Positions 9,141 to 17,750 of a DNA stretch of 64,000 nucleotides are shown piece by piece. The notes beneath the pieces were generated by a model. It did not search any database and was not told the DNA's origin. It worked only from the letters and a program-made list of their open reading frames with translations. A program made the translations under genes and the position numbers. Origin of the DNA: an uncultured virus (IMG/VR IMGVR_UViG_3300031942_000002) (Duplodnaviria; Heunggongvirae; Uroviricota; Caudoviricetes); the IMG/VR virus record IMGVR_UViG_3300031942_000002; one strand, 5' to 3'. Within the stretch, counting starts at the first letter, position 1. The number at the start of each line of letters is the position of its first letter.

Positions 9141-9238
9141 GTGGTGTGACAGTACCGGAGATGGCAAATGGGGGTCAGTCGCCTGGGGGGTCACCGAGGC
9201 AAGGCCCGAAGTAGGCCCTAAGACCCAGGAGAACTCCA

Positions 9239-9835
9239 ATTCCCCAGCAAACCCGCTCAGAGCCCCGTAGAAGGCGCAGCAAAGACGAATACGCCCAGTA
9301 CATCAATTCGACCAGCTGGGAGCGCAGGAAGGCAGCCTTCTATGCCAATCACAAGAGGCAGTGCCAGGCGTGCGGGAGCGTCATCGACATCCACCTGCAT
9401 CACCACACCTACCGGCGGATGGGAGCTGAGTTGGACTCCGATCTGGTTCCGCTGTGTCAGCGTTGTCACGACCTCGTGCACAAGCTGCACAAGGAGAACG
9501 AGGGTTGGACGCTGACCCGAGCGACGAGGACGTTCCTGCGGTTTTACGGCGCCAACCTGACTCCCCGACGGGCCAGGCCGAAAGGACAGCGTCCCGCGCG
9601 TCGTCGCCAACCCAAGCCCGAGCCACCCACCCTGCAGCCAGTCATCGTTAGCGACAAACCCGCCCCGGCGCCGCGCCCCGAGCTGAATCTGCATCCCCAG
9701 CCACTGATCAGGCTGGCCGAGGTGGTGGTGGAGTTCGGGATATCCAAGTCTGTGTTGCACCGTCAGGGATATCAACGGTCGGTGCCTCAGGGAACAGTGG
9801 AGCGGTGGCGTCGGATACGCCCCGAGTGGATGTGA
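9239..9835 (+). CDS. HNH endonuclease, start uncertain (possible ATT)
   Basis: In-frame YAQYINSTSWERRK...CQACG...LHHHTY...LVPLCQRCHDLVH extends well upstream of ATG 9419; AGGAGA at 9227-9232. Confidence 0.75.
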   Translation: MPQQTRSEPRRRRSKDEYAQYINSTSWERRKAAFYANHKRQCQACGSVIDIHLHHHTYRRMGAELDSDLVPLCQRCHDLVHKLHKENEGWTLTRATRTFLRFYGANLTPRRARPKGQRPARRRQPKPEPPTLQPVIVSDKPAPAPRPELNLHPQPLIRLAEVVVEFGISKSVLHRQGYQRSVPQGTVERWRRIRPEWM

Positions 9836-9842
9836 TAGGGAA

Positions 9843-9861
9843 TATACCTGTAGGGTAAACT
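9843..9861 (+). promoter_or_regulatory. WWACC-N5-GGTAAACT promoter/operator motif
   Basis: TATACC-TGTAG-GGTAAACT upstream of GGAGACACAC-ATG. Confidence 0.7.
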
Positions 9862-9893
9862 CGTTCATGAGATTGTAAGGAAGGGAGACACAC

Positions 9894-11372
9894 ATGGAAT
9901 ACCCACCGACCGCCGAACAGCAGGCGGTCATCGACGGGGCCCTGAGCGGGGACAACCTGGTCGTGCAGGCGGGCGCCGGGACGGGCAAGACGTCCACCCT
10001 GGTGATGGTGGCCGAGCAGCTGCCGAAACGCAGCCTGTACGTGGCCTACAACAAGCCGATCCAGCTGGATGCCTCGGGCAAGTTCCCCGGGCACGTCACC
10101 TGCAAGACCAGCCACGGGCTGGCCTACGGGGCGGTGGGCAAGGACTTCCGGCACCGGATCTCGGGCAAGCGCGAGCCGAGCTGGGAGGTGGCCAAACGGA
10201 TGGGGCTGCGCAACCTGCGATTAGGCCGCGACGTCATGGTGAAGTCCAGCCACCTGGCGCGTATCGCCGGGGACACGGTGCGCCGGTTCTGCTACAGCGC
10301 CGACGACGAGATCACCGCCCGCCACGTCCCACCGCAGAACGGGATCATCGGGGCCGACCACGCCGTCCTGGTGGCCAACGTGCTGCCACTGGCCCAGCGC
10401 TGGTGGGCCGACGTCAACGACCGCAGCGGCTGGATGCCGTTCGAGCACGATCACTATCTGAAGATGTGGGCGTTGACCCGGCCGGAGCTGCCCTACTACA
10501 CCATCTACTTCGATGAGGCGCAGGACGCCAACCCGGTGCTGGCCAAGCTGATCAGCGATCAGAACGCCCAGCAGATCATCGTGGGGGACTCGTGCCAGCA
10601 GATGTATGCCTGGCGCGGGGCGGTCGATGCGCTGGGCGGCTGGAAGAACGCCCGTCAGCTCTATCTGGCGCAGTCCTGGCGGTTCGGGCAGGCGATCGCG
10701 GACGAGGCCAACAAATGGCTGCACCAGCTGCACACCCCGCTGGAACTGATCGGCAACCCGCACATGGACTCGGTGGTGGACACCTTGGAGAAGCCCAAGG
10801 CGATCCTGTGCCGCACGAATGCGGGCGCCATGGGCCACGTGCTGGGCGAGCTGGACTCGGGCCGTCGGGTGTCCTTGGTGGGCGGCGGTGACGCATTGAG
10901 CAGGCTGGCTCGGGCGGCGGGGGACTTGCGGGAAGGCAAGACCACCAACCACCCCGAGCTGTACGCCTTCCCCGACTGGGACTCGGTGGTGCGCTACGCC
11001 ACCGAGGAGGAGGGGGGCCGCGACCTGCTGCCGCTGATCAAGCTGATCGAGGAGCATGGCATCGAGCGGATCCTGGAAGCCACCAACGCACTCTCCCGCA
11101 ACGAGGACGACGCCGACGTGATCGTCTCCACCGCGCACAAGAGCAAGGGTCGGCAGTGGGAGACGGTCAAGGTGGCCGGGGACTTCTTCGCCCCGCGCGT
11201 CACCGAGGACGGCGAGACGCCGACCATCTCGGAGGCCGAGGCAATGATCGGCTACGTGGCGGTCACCCGAGCCAAGGAGGTGCTGGACTGCGCGGCGGTG
11301 TCCTGGATCGACGACCTGGTGGACACCGCCGGGCCCGAGGAGGACGAGGGCGGCATGGTGCTGAGCTGGTAA
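9894..11372 (+). CDS. UvrD/REP-like SF1 helicase
   Basis: AGAGTGKT, FDEAQD, VGDSCQQMYAWRGA, QSWRF, LCRTNA, STAHKSKG, YVAVTRA. Confidence 0.93.
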   Translation: MEYPPTAEQQAVIDGALSGDNLVVQAGAGTGKTSTLVMVAEQLPKRSLYVAYNKPIQLDASGKFPGHVTCKTSHGLAYGAVGKDFRHRISGKREPSWEVAKRMGLRNLRLGRDVMVKSSHLARIAGDTVRRFCYSADDEITARHVPPQNGIIGADHAVLVANVLPLAQRWWADVNDRSGWMPFEHDHYLKMWALTRPELPYYTIYFDEAQDANPVLAKLISDQNAQQIIVGDSCQQMYAWRGAVDALGGWKNARQLYLAQSWRFGQAIADEANKWLHQLHTPLELIGNPHMDSVVDTLEKPKAILCRTNAGAMGHVLGELDSGRRVSLVGGGDALSRLARAAGDLREGKTTNHPELYAFPDWDSVVRYATEEEGGRDLLPLIKLIEEHGIERILEATNALSRNEDDADVIVSTAHKSKGRQWETVKVAGDFFAPRVTEDGETPTISEAEAMIGYVAVTRAKEVLDCAAVSWIDDLVDTAGPEEDEGGMVLSW

Positions 11373-11481
11373 AAAGAACCGTCTCACTATCATTAGATCA
11401 ACATTGTGTGTAAATTAGAGGACATAAAAGGGGTCCTCCCCAGGATGGCGAGTTGATCGAGATGGAGCAGGGGGCCGGATA

Positions 11482-12207
11482 GTGACGAAGGGGAAATACG
11501 CCCAGCGTGCCGATTCCCGGCTCAAGGTGCTCGAATCCGAGGCTCTGCAGCAGGCCCACGCCAAGATCAAGGAGCTGACCGAGCAGCTGTCGGCGGTGAA
11601 GAAGGAGATCAACGAGGTTCGGGCCGGGATCCACTCCAAGGCGATGGCTGCCGCCACTGGGCTATCCAAACGGGAGAAGGAGCACCTGCGCGATCAGCTG
11701 GTGTCGATGGCCTATCAACATGACGCCGACCGGATGCGTTATGCCGTGCTGGTCTGGGAGATCATGCACCGCAATAAGTTCGGCACCCCGGCGCCGCTGC
11801 AGATGGAACGGGATTCCGAGTCCCACGAATACTGGCTCTCGATGCACTGGGAGATCGCCACGTTGTTCTTCAAGGAGTGGGAGCAGATCCAGGAGTTCTT
11901 CGCCCGATGCGAAGGCACCAGGTGGCGTCTGGCTGGATCAGGTGCCTCTCATTTGCGTGGCGGCATGCCGCTGCCCCCGCAGACCTCTCGGGAGGCCACC
12001 CGGCGGTTAGAGAAAGGGCGCATGAAGAACTCGCTGATGCGCCGGGTTTTTGCCATGCGGGCCTACTTCGACCGCATCGAGGCCGCCCGCAAGACCGGGG
12101 ACCTCGAACCCGTCCTGGCCTTCAAAGATTCCCGCAACGACGAGACCCCTGAGGATGTCCGCGACAAACTGATCGAAGGGCTTAAGGATCGTGGCCAAGA
12201 AGCATAA
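11482..12207 (+). CDS. hypothetical protein with N-terminal coiled coil
   Basis: Long ORF, heptad-like N-terminus. Confidence 0.65.
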   Translation: MTKGKYAQRADSRLKVLESEALQQAHAKIKELTEQLSAVKKEINEVRAGIHSKAMAAATGLSKREKEHLRDQLVSMAYQHDADRMRYAVLVWEIMHRNKFGTPAPLQMERDSESHEYWLSMHWEIATLFFKEWEQIQEFFARCEGTRWRLAGSGASHLRGGMPLPPQTSREATRRLEKGRMKNSLMRRVFAMRAYFDRIEAARKTGDLEPVLAFKDSRNDETPEDVRDKLIEGLKDRGQEA

Positions 12208-12526
12208 GAGTCGTCATCGCGTTCCGCCGCAGGCTTACGAGCTGCATAGCGATCCGATCAGCGAGCGTTATCAGATCGAGGTGGACTACGCCACCAATCG
12301 GCTGCAGCGCCGTTACGAGGCGGCACTGCGGGCCCGGGAGGCAGCCCAGCGCCGTTTGAGGTTGGCCACCGAGACCAATGCCAAGGTTTCCCGGCTGGCC
12401 GAGCTGCGCCGTCAGCTGGATATGCGCGAATACGAGCTGGGCGAAATCATGAAGCTGATGCAACCAGGAAATCGGACCAAGGTCCCATGGCGGCCGGTTC
12501 CGATCACGCATACGGCGCCGGGGTAG
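12191..12526 (+). CDS. basic helical hypothetical protein
   Basis: AAGGA RBS; overlaps upstream gene. Confidence 0.6.
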   Translation: MAKKHKSRHRVPPQAYELHSDPISERYQIEVDYATNRLQRRYEAALRAREAAQRRLRLATETNAKVSRLAELRRQLDMREYELGEIMKLMQPGNRTKVPWRPVPITHTAPG

Positions 12527-12651
12527 GCCTGGCATTAGAGCAGTATTATAGGTAAATTAGAAGATATACACGACAGGAGACACACACCAATGCACGAAAC
12601 GCAGGTAACCGACGAGCGCGGTGGGCCTCAGACGGTGAAGCGAGAGGCGTC

Positions 12652-12852
12652 GTGAACGACCAGATCCTGCACCTGCACTATTACGCGGCGCCTCGGGCGC
12701 GAGCACTGCCACCGGCGCGTCGCAAACCAGGTGTGGCCGAGGAAATTTTCACCAACTTCACTCGGGGCTACCTGCTGGGATGCGCGGTGTTCGGCACCTT
12801 CATCATGGTGGGCTTGTTCCTATTTGTCGTCTTGGCGTTCCTCTTCGCGTGA
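12652..12852 (+). CDS. small membrane protein
   Basis: C-terminal hydrophobic helix. Confidence 0.6.
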   Translation: MNDQILHLHYYAAPRARALPPARRKPGVAEEIFTNFTRGYLLGCAVFGTFIMVGLFLFVVLAFLFA

Positions 12853-13049
12853 TGATGGGGGCCATGGCCATGAGACTCGACGAAGCCGAGGAACGCATCG
12901 GTGCCCAGGTGGTCTTCCAGATCCACGACACCGACCACCAGCCCGAGTACGGCGTGATCAGCCACGTCAACGATCCCTATGTGTACGTGCGCTATGGCGC
13001 CGACCGCATCGCCAAAGCCACCCACCCGATGATGTTGGAGTTCATATGA
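12852..13049 (+). CDS. small hypothetical protein (SH3-like barrel possible)
   Basis: TGATG coupling; YGVISHVNDPYVYVRYG. Confidence 0.55.
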   Translation: MMGAMAMRLDEAEERIGAQVVFQIHDTDHQPEYGVISHVNDPYVYVRYGADRIAKATHPMMLEFI

Positions 13050-13089
13050 GCGCCAGCCGGATCACGAGCCTGCTCGGGAAGGAAACAAA

Positions 13090-13380
13090 GTGAGAGTCGA
13101 ATACAAGTGCCTGTCGATGGGCTGCTCGGTGGGCATCCATGTGGGCACGGTCTGGAAACCCAGCCGGGAGGCCAAGGCTCGTTATTCGCAGGAGAGCGAC
13201 TATGAGATCGCGGTGAAGCTGGGACTGACCGCCGACCCGCTGCCGCTGACGATGCGCTGCAACGCCGGTCCGCAGGGGCTGTCCGAGCGCAATGTGCACT
13301 TCGCCATGGTGGAGTTCGACGACCGCCCCGGCGCCCTGGCGGTGCACAACTGGTCCGAGCTGAAAGTTGTCGAGCCGTGA
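13090..13380 (+). CDS. hypothetical protein
   Basis: AAGGA RBS; GTGA coupling. Confidence 0.6.
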   Translation: MRVEYKCLSMGCSVGIHVGTVWKPSREAKARYSQESDYEIAVKLGLTADPLPLTMRCNAGPQGLSERNVHFAMVEFDDRPGALAVHNWSELKVVEP

Positions 13381-13706
13381 GCAGCCATGGTAAGGAGCAG
13401 CGCTCCAAACGGTCCCGGCGCAGCCATTCCGGCATGTCCAGAATCCTCGACATAGGCCCCTGCGAGCCGTCGGGCGGCAAGCTGGGCTACCGGACGCATG
13501 CCGATGCGAAAGAGGCGCTGAAACGCATTCAGCGGGCGGTGGGCCAGAGGTGCGAGCAGCGGGTGTACAAGTGCGAGCACGCCGAGCACTATCACCTGAC
13601 GTCCAAGCCGTACATGCCGGAGAAAAACTTCCCGCACGTCTCCATTCCGACGTCGCGCCCGGGCATCGAGCGCGTCCTAGAGGCTTGCCGCCGTGAAGAC
13701 GCGTGA
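13377..13706 (+). CDS. small putative metal-binding protein
   Basis: C..GK.GY....DA...RVYKC....HYHLTS pattern common in phages. Confidence 0.6.
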   Translation: MSSHGKEQRSKRSRRSHSGMSRILDIGPCEPSGGKLGYRTHADAKEALKRIQRAVGQRCEQRVYKCEHAEHYHLTSKPYMPEKNFPHVSIPTSRPGIERVLEACRREDA

Positions 13707-14070
13707 CACCGACAGCTGGCAGGGGCGCCGGGCGGCGCTGGCTGGCGGCGGCGAGATCAGCGTGGCTTTCCTGACGTTCTTGGAGGACTGGGTGGAGGGC
13801 GCCGAGGGGCAGCTGGTTCTGCACGGCAGGCTGCTCACCCCCGGCGAGGCATTGCGGCGCTCGGTGCAGTTCGTCGAGGCCCGGCAGGGCCGGTTTCCGG
13901 CGTATCTGCTGGCTCAGATGCTGGCGGTGCTGGCCGAACACTGGGTCTACGGCCAGGAGATGATGGAGGATCTTACGCCGGTCGAACGCCGACTGGTGGA
14001 GGACGTGACGCTGCTCAAGATCGACGAGCTGCAGCGCCAAGCAGAGGAGACACACAATGGAAGTCCTTGA
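13693..14070 (+). CDS. hypothetical protein
   Basis: GC3 bias, operon position. Confidence 0.6.
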   Translation: MKTRDTDSWQGRRAALAGGGEISVAFLTFLEDWVEGAEGQLVLHGRLLTPGEALRRSVQFVEARQGRFPAYLLAQMLAVLAEHWVYGQEMMEDLTPVERRLVEDVTLLKIDELQRQAEETHNGSP

Positions 14071-14254
14071 AACCGTGGCGGTGAGCGCGATCCTGATCGC
14101 ACTGGCCGTGTACCTGGTGCTGCTGATCAAATGGTGGCCGGTGTTCGACGACCCCGACTACTTCAGGCGCCAAGAGATTGAAGACCGGCTGTGGACTTAC
14201 GAGCTGAAGCAGATCGCCGCCGAGGTCCAGATCAACGAAGAGGCCCGGTTGTGA
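14057..14254 (+). CDS. small membrane protein
   Basis: GGAGACACAC RBS; N-terminal TM helix. Confidence 0.7.
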   Translation: MEVLETVAVSAILIALAVYLVLLIKWWPVFDDPDYFRRQEIEDRLWTYELKQIAAEVQINEEARL

Positions 14255-14544
14255 GCGACCCCGAGCCACCCACCCGTATCGACTCCTTCAAATTGACTGT
14301 GCGTATGGATGCCACCCTCACGGTCAACGGCACCACCGACCAATGGCTCAAGCCGGGTACCGAGGCGTCCATCGGCTGGAAGGGCTGGGAGCGCAACGGG
14401 GTGTGGGTCGATCCCATCCCCACCCAGGAGGAGATCAAGCTGGCGTTCCAGATGATCCAGACCGGCGTGCTGGCGCCGGTGCTCGAAGAGATGGTGCAGA
14501 TCGCCCAGCGCGAGATCGTCAAACAGCGCCAAGGCGGCAGATAG
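14251..14544 (+). CDS. hypothetical protein
   Basis: GTGA coupling. Confidence 0.6.
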   Translation: MSDPEPPTRIDSFKLTVRMDATLTVNGTTDQWLKPGTEASIGWKGWERNGVWVDPIPTQEEIKLAFQMIQTGVLAPVLEEMVQIAQREIVKQRQGGR

Positions 14545-14607
14545 ATCGGTCCTTTGGGCATGTCTTGGGCCTACGTTAGACTAAAGTTGTAGGAAAAGGA
14601 GACACAC

Positions 14608-15351
14608 ATGACAGTTGAAAAGAGCGAAATCGCTCTCAGCCCCATCGGTGAGCTGTTGCGGGCAGCCGGTGGGGACGTCGCCATCGCGATGGAAACCTTC
14701 CGCAAAAAGGCTTCCGCCGAGACGTTGGCGGACGAATCGTCGGCGTCCACGGTGGCCGCACGCAAGGCCGAGTACAAGCGGATGCTCGACGAATACGCAA
14801 AAGGTGAGGGTGGCATGGATGCCCTCATCGCCATGGGCGAGCGGCTGGGCCAGCTCGTCAACAAAATCACCGCCTTGGACCTCTCCACGCACGATGGAGC
14901 ATTGTCGGCTGAGCAGGCTGCGGCGTTGATGGACATCCGGCTGGGCGCCAAGGAAGCCACCGAGCTTCTCGACGTCTACAACAAGGGTGTCCTCAAGGTA
15001 GCGGTGTTCGCGCACATGGATGCGCAGCTGGCCGTCGAGGGTGTCAAGGATCCACAGAATCACAACGCCACCCTGGATGTACCCGAGTTCGGCCGGAAGT
15101 TCTCGCGCGAAGGCGCGGGGTACACCGACCCCACCCTGGACGAGGGCCGTCTGCGCATGCGGGTGGGCGAGGAGGTCTGGCAGGAGATCTGCGAGGCTGA
15201 GGAGGTACCGGCACACGTCGAATACACCTTCAGCCTCAAGAAGCTGTTCGACCGGGCCGAGCAAGATCCTGTGCTCTACAACACCATTGGAGAGTGCATG
15301 ACCTTCGGCGAGCCCAAGGCACCGCGCCTCAACGACAGGAAGATGACCTGA
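14608..15351 (+). CDS. hypothetical protein (helical N-terminus)
   Basis: TAGACT -10-like element and GGAGACACAC RBS. Confidence 0.75.
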   Translation: MTVEKSEIALSPIGELLRAAGGDVAIAMETFRKKASAETLADESSASTVAARKAEYKRMLDEYAKGEGGMDALIAMGERLGQLVNKITALDLSTHDGALSAEQAAALMDIRLGAKEATELLDVYNKGVLKVAVFAHMDAQLAVEGVKDPQNHNATLDVPEFGRKFSREGAGYTDPTLDEGRLRMRVGEEVWQEICEAEEVPAHVEYTFSLKKLFDRAEQDPVLYNTIGECMTFGEPKAPRLNDRKMT

Positions 15352-15365
15352 CCCCGGGAGCGGTA

Positions 15366-15941
15366 ATGGAGCGTGAAAAAGCTGGCTCGGAGGACTGGGC
15401 TATCACAGCCGCACGTCAGTTCGCGGCATCAGCCAGCGGGCGGGGCCTGGCCATCCCCGTCGAAGCGGTGGCCGAGGTGTTCCGGCAGATCGAGACGATC
15501 GACGTCGACCTGTCGGGGATCGAGCGCGTCTACAACACCGAGGAGGCCGCGCAGTTTTTCGGTAAGAGCCCGCAGTGGATGTACTGGGCGATGCGCTCGC
15601 GCGACGACGGCGGCGGCGGCTGGTTCTACTACGCGCTGGACGATCCCGATCATCCCCCGCTGGATCCCGAGAATCCCGAGCCCCGTCCGATCGAGCCCGA
15701 GCGCCACGGCAAGAAAGGGATCCGGCGGTTCAACCTCGAAGTCATCCAGAACATGGCGGTGTCGCTGTACCAGAAGGGCGGCATGCGTTCCATCGACCAG
15801 TTGCAGGAGGTTGTCAGGCGCGTTCAACTGGCCAAGACCGGCCGGTGGGCGCCGGAGCCACCGAAGAAGACGCGGCGTAAACGTAAGACTAAAGCGAAGG
15901 CATCGTCGAAGAATGGATCAGTCGGCCAAGGACCTGCTTGA
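15366..15941 (+). CDS. MerR/excisionase-like HTH DNA-binding protein
   Basis: YNTEEAAQFFGKSPQWMYW...GIRRFNL; basic tail. Confidence 0.6.
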   Translation: MEREKAGSEDWAITAARQFAASASGRGLAIPVEAVAEVFRQIETIDVDLSGIERVYNTEEAAQFFGKSPQWMYWAMRSRDDGGGGWFYYALDDPDHPPLDPENPEPRPIEPERHGKKGIRRFNLEVIQNMAVSLYQKGGMRSIDQLQEVVRRVQLAKTGRWAPEPPKKTRRKRKTKAKASSKNGSVGQGPA

Positions 15942-16974
15942 CCAACATTTCGCGGAGGGCCGCCGGAAGTGCCTGACCTATCTGGCCGGTCTGAATCCCG
16001 GGTCCCTGTTGCACCCGATGGGACGCGGTATCGGCGCGACCATCATGGACGAGTACGGCGAGCAGTACCTGGACTTCAACGGCGGCTCTCAGCTGTTGTT
16101 CGGGCACCGTGACCCCGAGGTGGCCAACATGGCGCTGGTGCAGCTGCAGGAGCACACCTGGTTCGGTGATTACGGTGATTACCAGGACCGGCTGGTGGCC
16201 GACTACGCCGCGCTGCTCTCCGAGCGCTTTCCGCAGAAGGACGGCCAGCCGCTGAAGGTGATGTTCACGCCGTCGATCTACGAGGCGCGCATGACCGCCG
16301 CCCAGATCTGCATTTGCCCACCGTCGCAAGGCGGCTACTTCCTGAGCCTGCTGGATCCCGAAGGGGTGCCACGTGAAGGCGGCGAGGTGCAGGATGAGGT
16401 GCACCGGGCCCGCGCGCAGCGGCTGAAGATCATTGCCGACGAGCTGGACACCGGCTTTGGGCGCACCGGCACGTTCGGTCTGTTCGAGCAGTACCACGTC
16501 ACCCCCGACGTCATCCTGCTCGGTTCGGCGGGCACCGGGGGCCTGCCGTGCAACGCGGTGTTGGCGCCAGGTCCGTTGTTCGAGTCGGATGCTTTCCGCC
16601 AGCTGATCGCGCACGTTGCGCCCACCCCGAATCCGATCGCCTGCGCGGTGGGCAATGCGATCGTGCCGCGCATCAACGATTCGTTGCTGGCGCAGGTCCG
16701 CAACGTGGCCGACACGCTGCGCACCGACCTGGAAACGGTGCGCGAGCAGTTCAGCGACATCCTGCATTCCACCCCGGGCATCGGGCTGATCCGCACCATC
16801 AAACTCAACGCCCCGAGCCAGGCACAGGATTTCCGCCGCCGCTGCCGCCACGCGGGGCTGCTTATCCAGCCCACTCTGCGGCTGTCCCCGCCGCTGACCG
16901 TCACCGTGCAGCAGGTGCGGGTGGCCGTGGACGCGATAGCGGCGGCGTGCATCGAGATGGGAGAGCTGCTGTGA
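15913..16974 (+). CDS. class III (PLP fold I) aminotransferase homolog, degenerate
   Basis: GEQYLDF...LFGH, IIADELDTGFGRTG, PDVILLG, NPIACA, GIGLI, LRLSPPL; Schiff-base Lys position reads Ser. Confidence 0.8.
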   Translation: MDQSAKDLLDQHFAEGRRKCLTYLAGLNPGSLLHPMGRGIGATIMDEYGEQYLDFNGGSQLLFGHRDPEVANMALVQLQEHTWFGDYGDYQDRLVADYAALLSERFPQKDGQPLKVMFTPSIYEARMTAAQICICPPSQGGYFLSLLDPEGVPREGGEVQDEVHRARAQRLKIIADELDTGFGRTGTFGLFEQYHVTPDVILLGSAGTGGLPCNAVLAPGPLFESDAFRQLIAHVAPTPNPIACAVGNAIVPRINDSLLAQVRNVADTLRTDLETVREQFSDILHSTPGIGLIRTIKLNAPSQAQDFRRRCRHAGLLIQPTLRLSPPLTVTVQQVRVAVDAIAAACIEMGELL

Positions 16975-17750
16975 GCGGGGATTCGATCGATCTGGCGTTG
17001 TCCACCGAGGAGGCCGAGCGCGTCTACCAGGTCTGGCCGGATCTGAAGACCACTTGTCCCACCTGCGCCAACAAGGGCACTTACCGCTGGCAGGGTAAAG
17101 ATCGCAACTGCGACTGCCAGCGTCAGAAGCAGCTGGCCAAGCACTACACCGCCGCCGGGATCGGGAAAATTTTCCAGCGGTCCAGCGTGGCCGACTGGCA
17201 CGGTGACGAAGAGGCTTACAAGGCGGTCGACCACTACCTGCAGAACTGGGAGGCTTACGTCGATCGGGGGATGGGGGTCATTCTGTGGGGGCCTCTCGGC
17301 ACCGGCAAGACGTTCCTGGCCAACATGATCCTCAAGCATCTGGTCCGCCAAGGCGTGAGGTGCTACGCCACCACTTTCTCCAAGATGATCGAGGCGTTCA
17401 CCGCCACCTGGGGAGACAAGTCGAAGAAGCAGTGGTTCGAGGACAGGTTCATGTACACCCAGGTGCTGCTGCTCGACGACTTGGGTAAGGAGGGACGGTC
17501 CAGCCACAACCTGCCGCAGACCACCTTTGACCACATTCTGCGCGATCGTGCCCAGAACGCCCGCCCGACGATCCTGACCACCAACATCGAGCCTGACAAC
17601 CTCGACCTGGGCTACGGTGGCGCGGTGTTAAGCCAGCTCAAGAGGTCCTGTTTCCACGTGGAGGTGAAGGGCGCCGATTACGGGCTCATCAATTTCAGGC
17701 TGGAAAACGACGAGGTCGATGTCGGAGAGAAGCGGCGACCGATCGTATGA
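16971..17750 (+). CDS. DnaC/IstB-like AAA+ helicase loader
   Basis: CPTC...CDC, GPLGTGKT, LLLDDLGKE, RPTILTTN; directly upstream of DnaB. Confidence 0.85.
   Translation: MSGDSIDLALSTEEAERVYQVWPDLKTTCPTCANKGTYRWQGKDRNCDCQRQKQLAKHYTAAGIGKIFQRSSVADWHGDEEAYKAVDHYLQNWEAYVDRGMGVILWGPLGTGKTFLANMILKHLVRQGVRCYATTFSKMIEAFTATWGDKSKKQWFEDRFMYTQVLLLDDLGKEGRSSHNLPQTTFDHILRDRAQNARPTILTTNIEPDNLDLGYGGAVLSQLKRSCFHVEVKGADYGLINFRLENDEVDVGEKRRPIV

Noticed and set aside
9239..9835. IscB/OMEGA or Cas9-like nuclease
   Set aside because: About 200 aa, no RuvC motifs or PLMP N-terminus recognised
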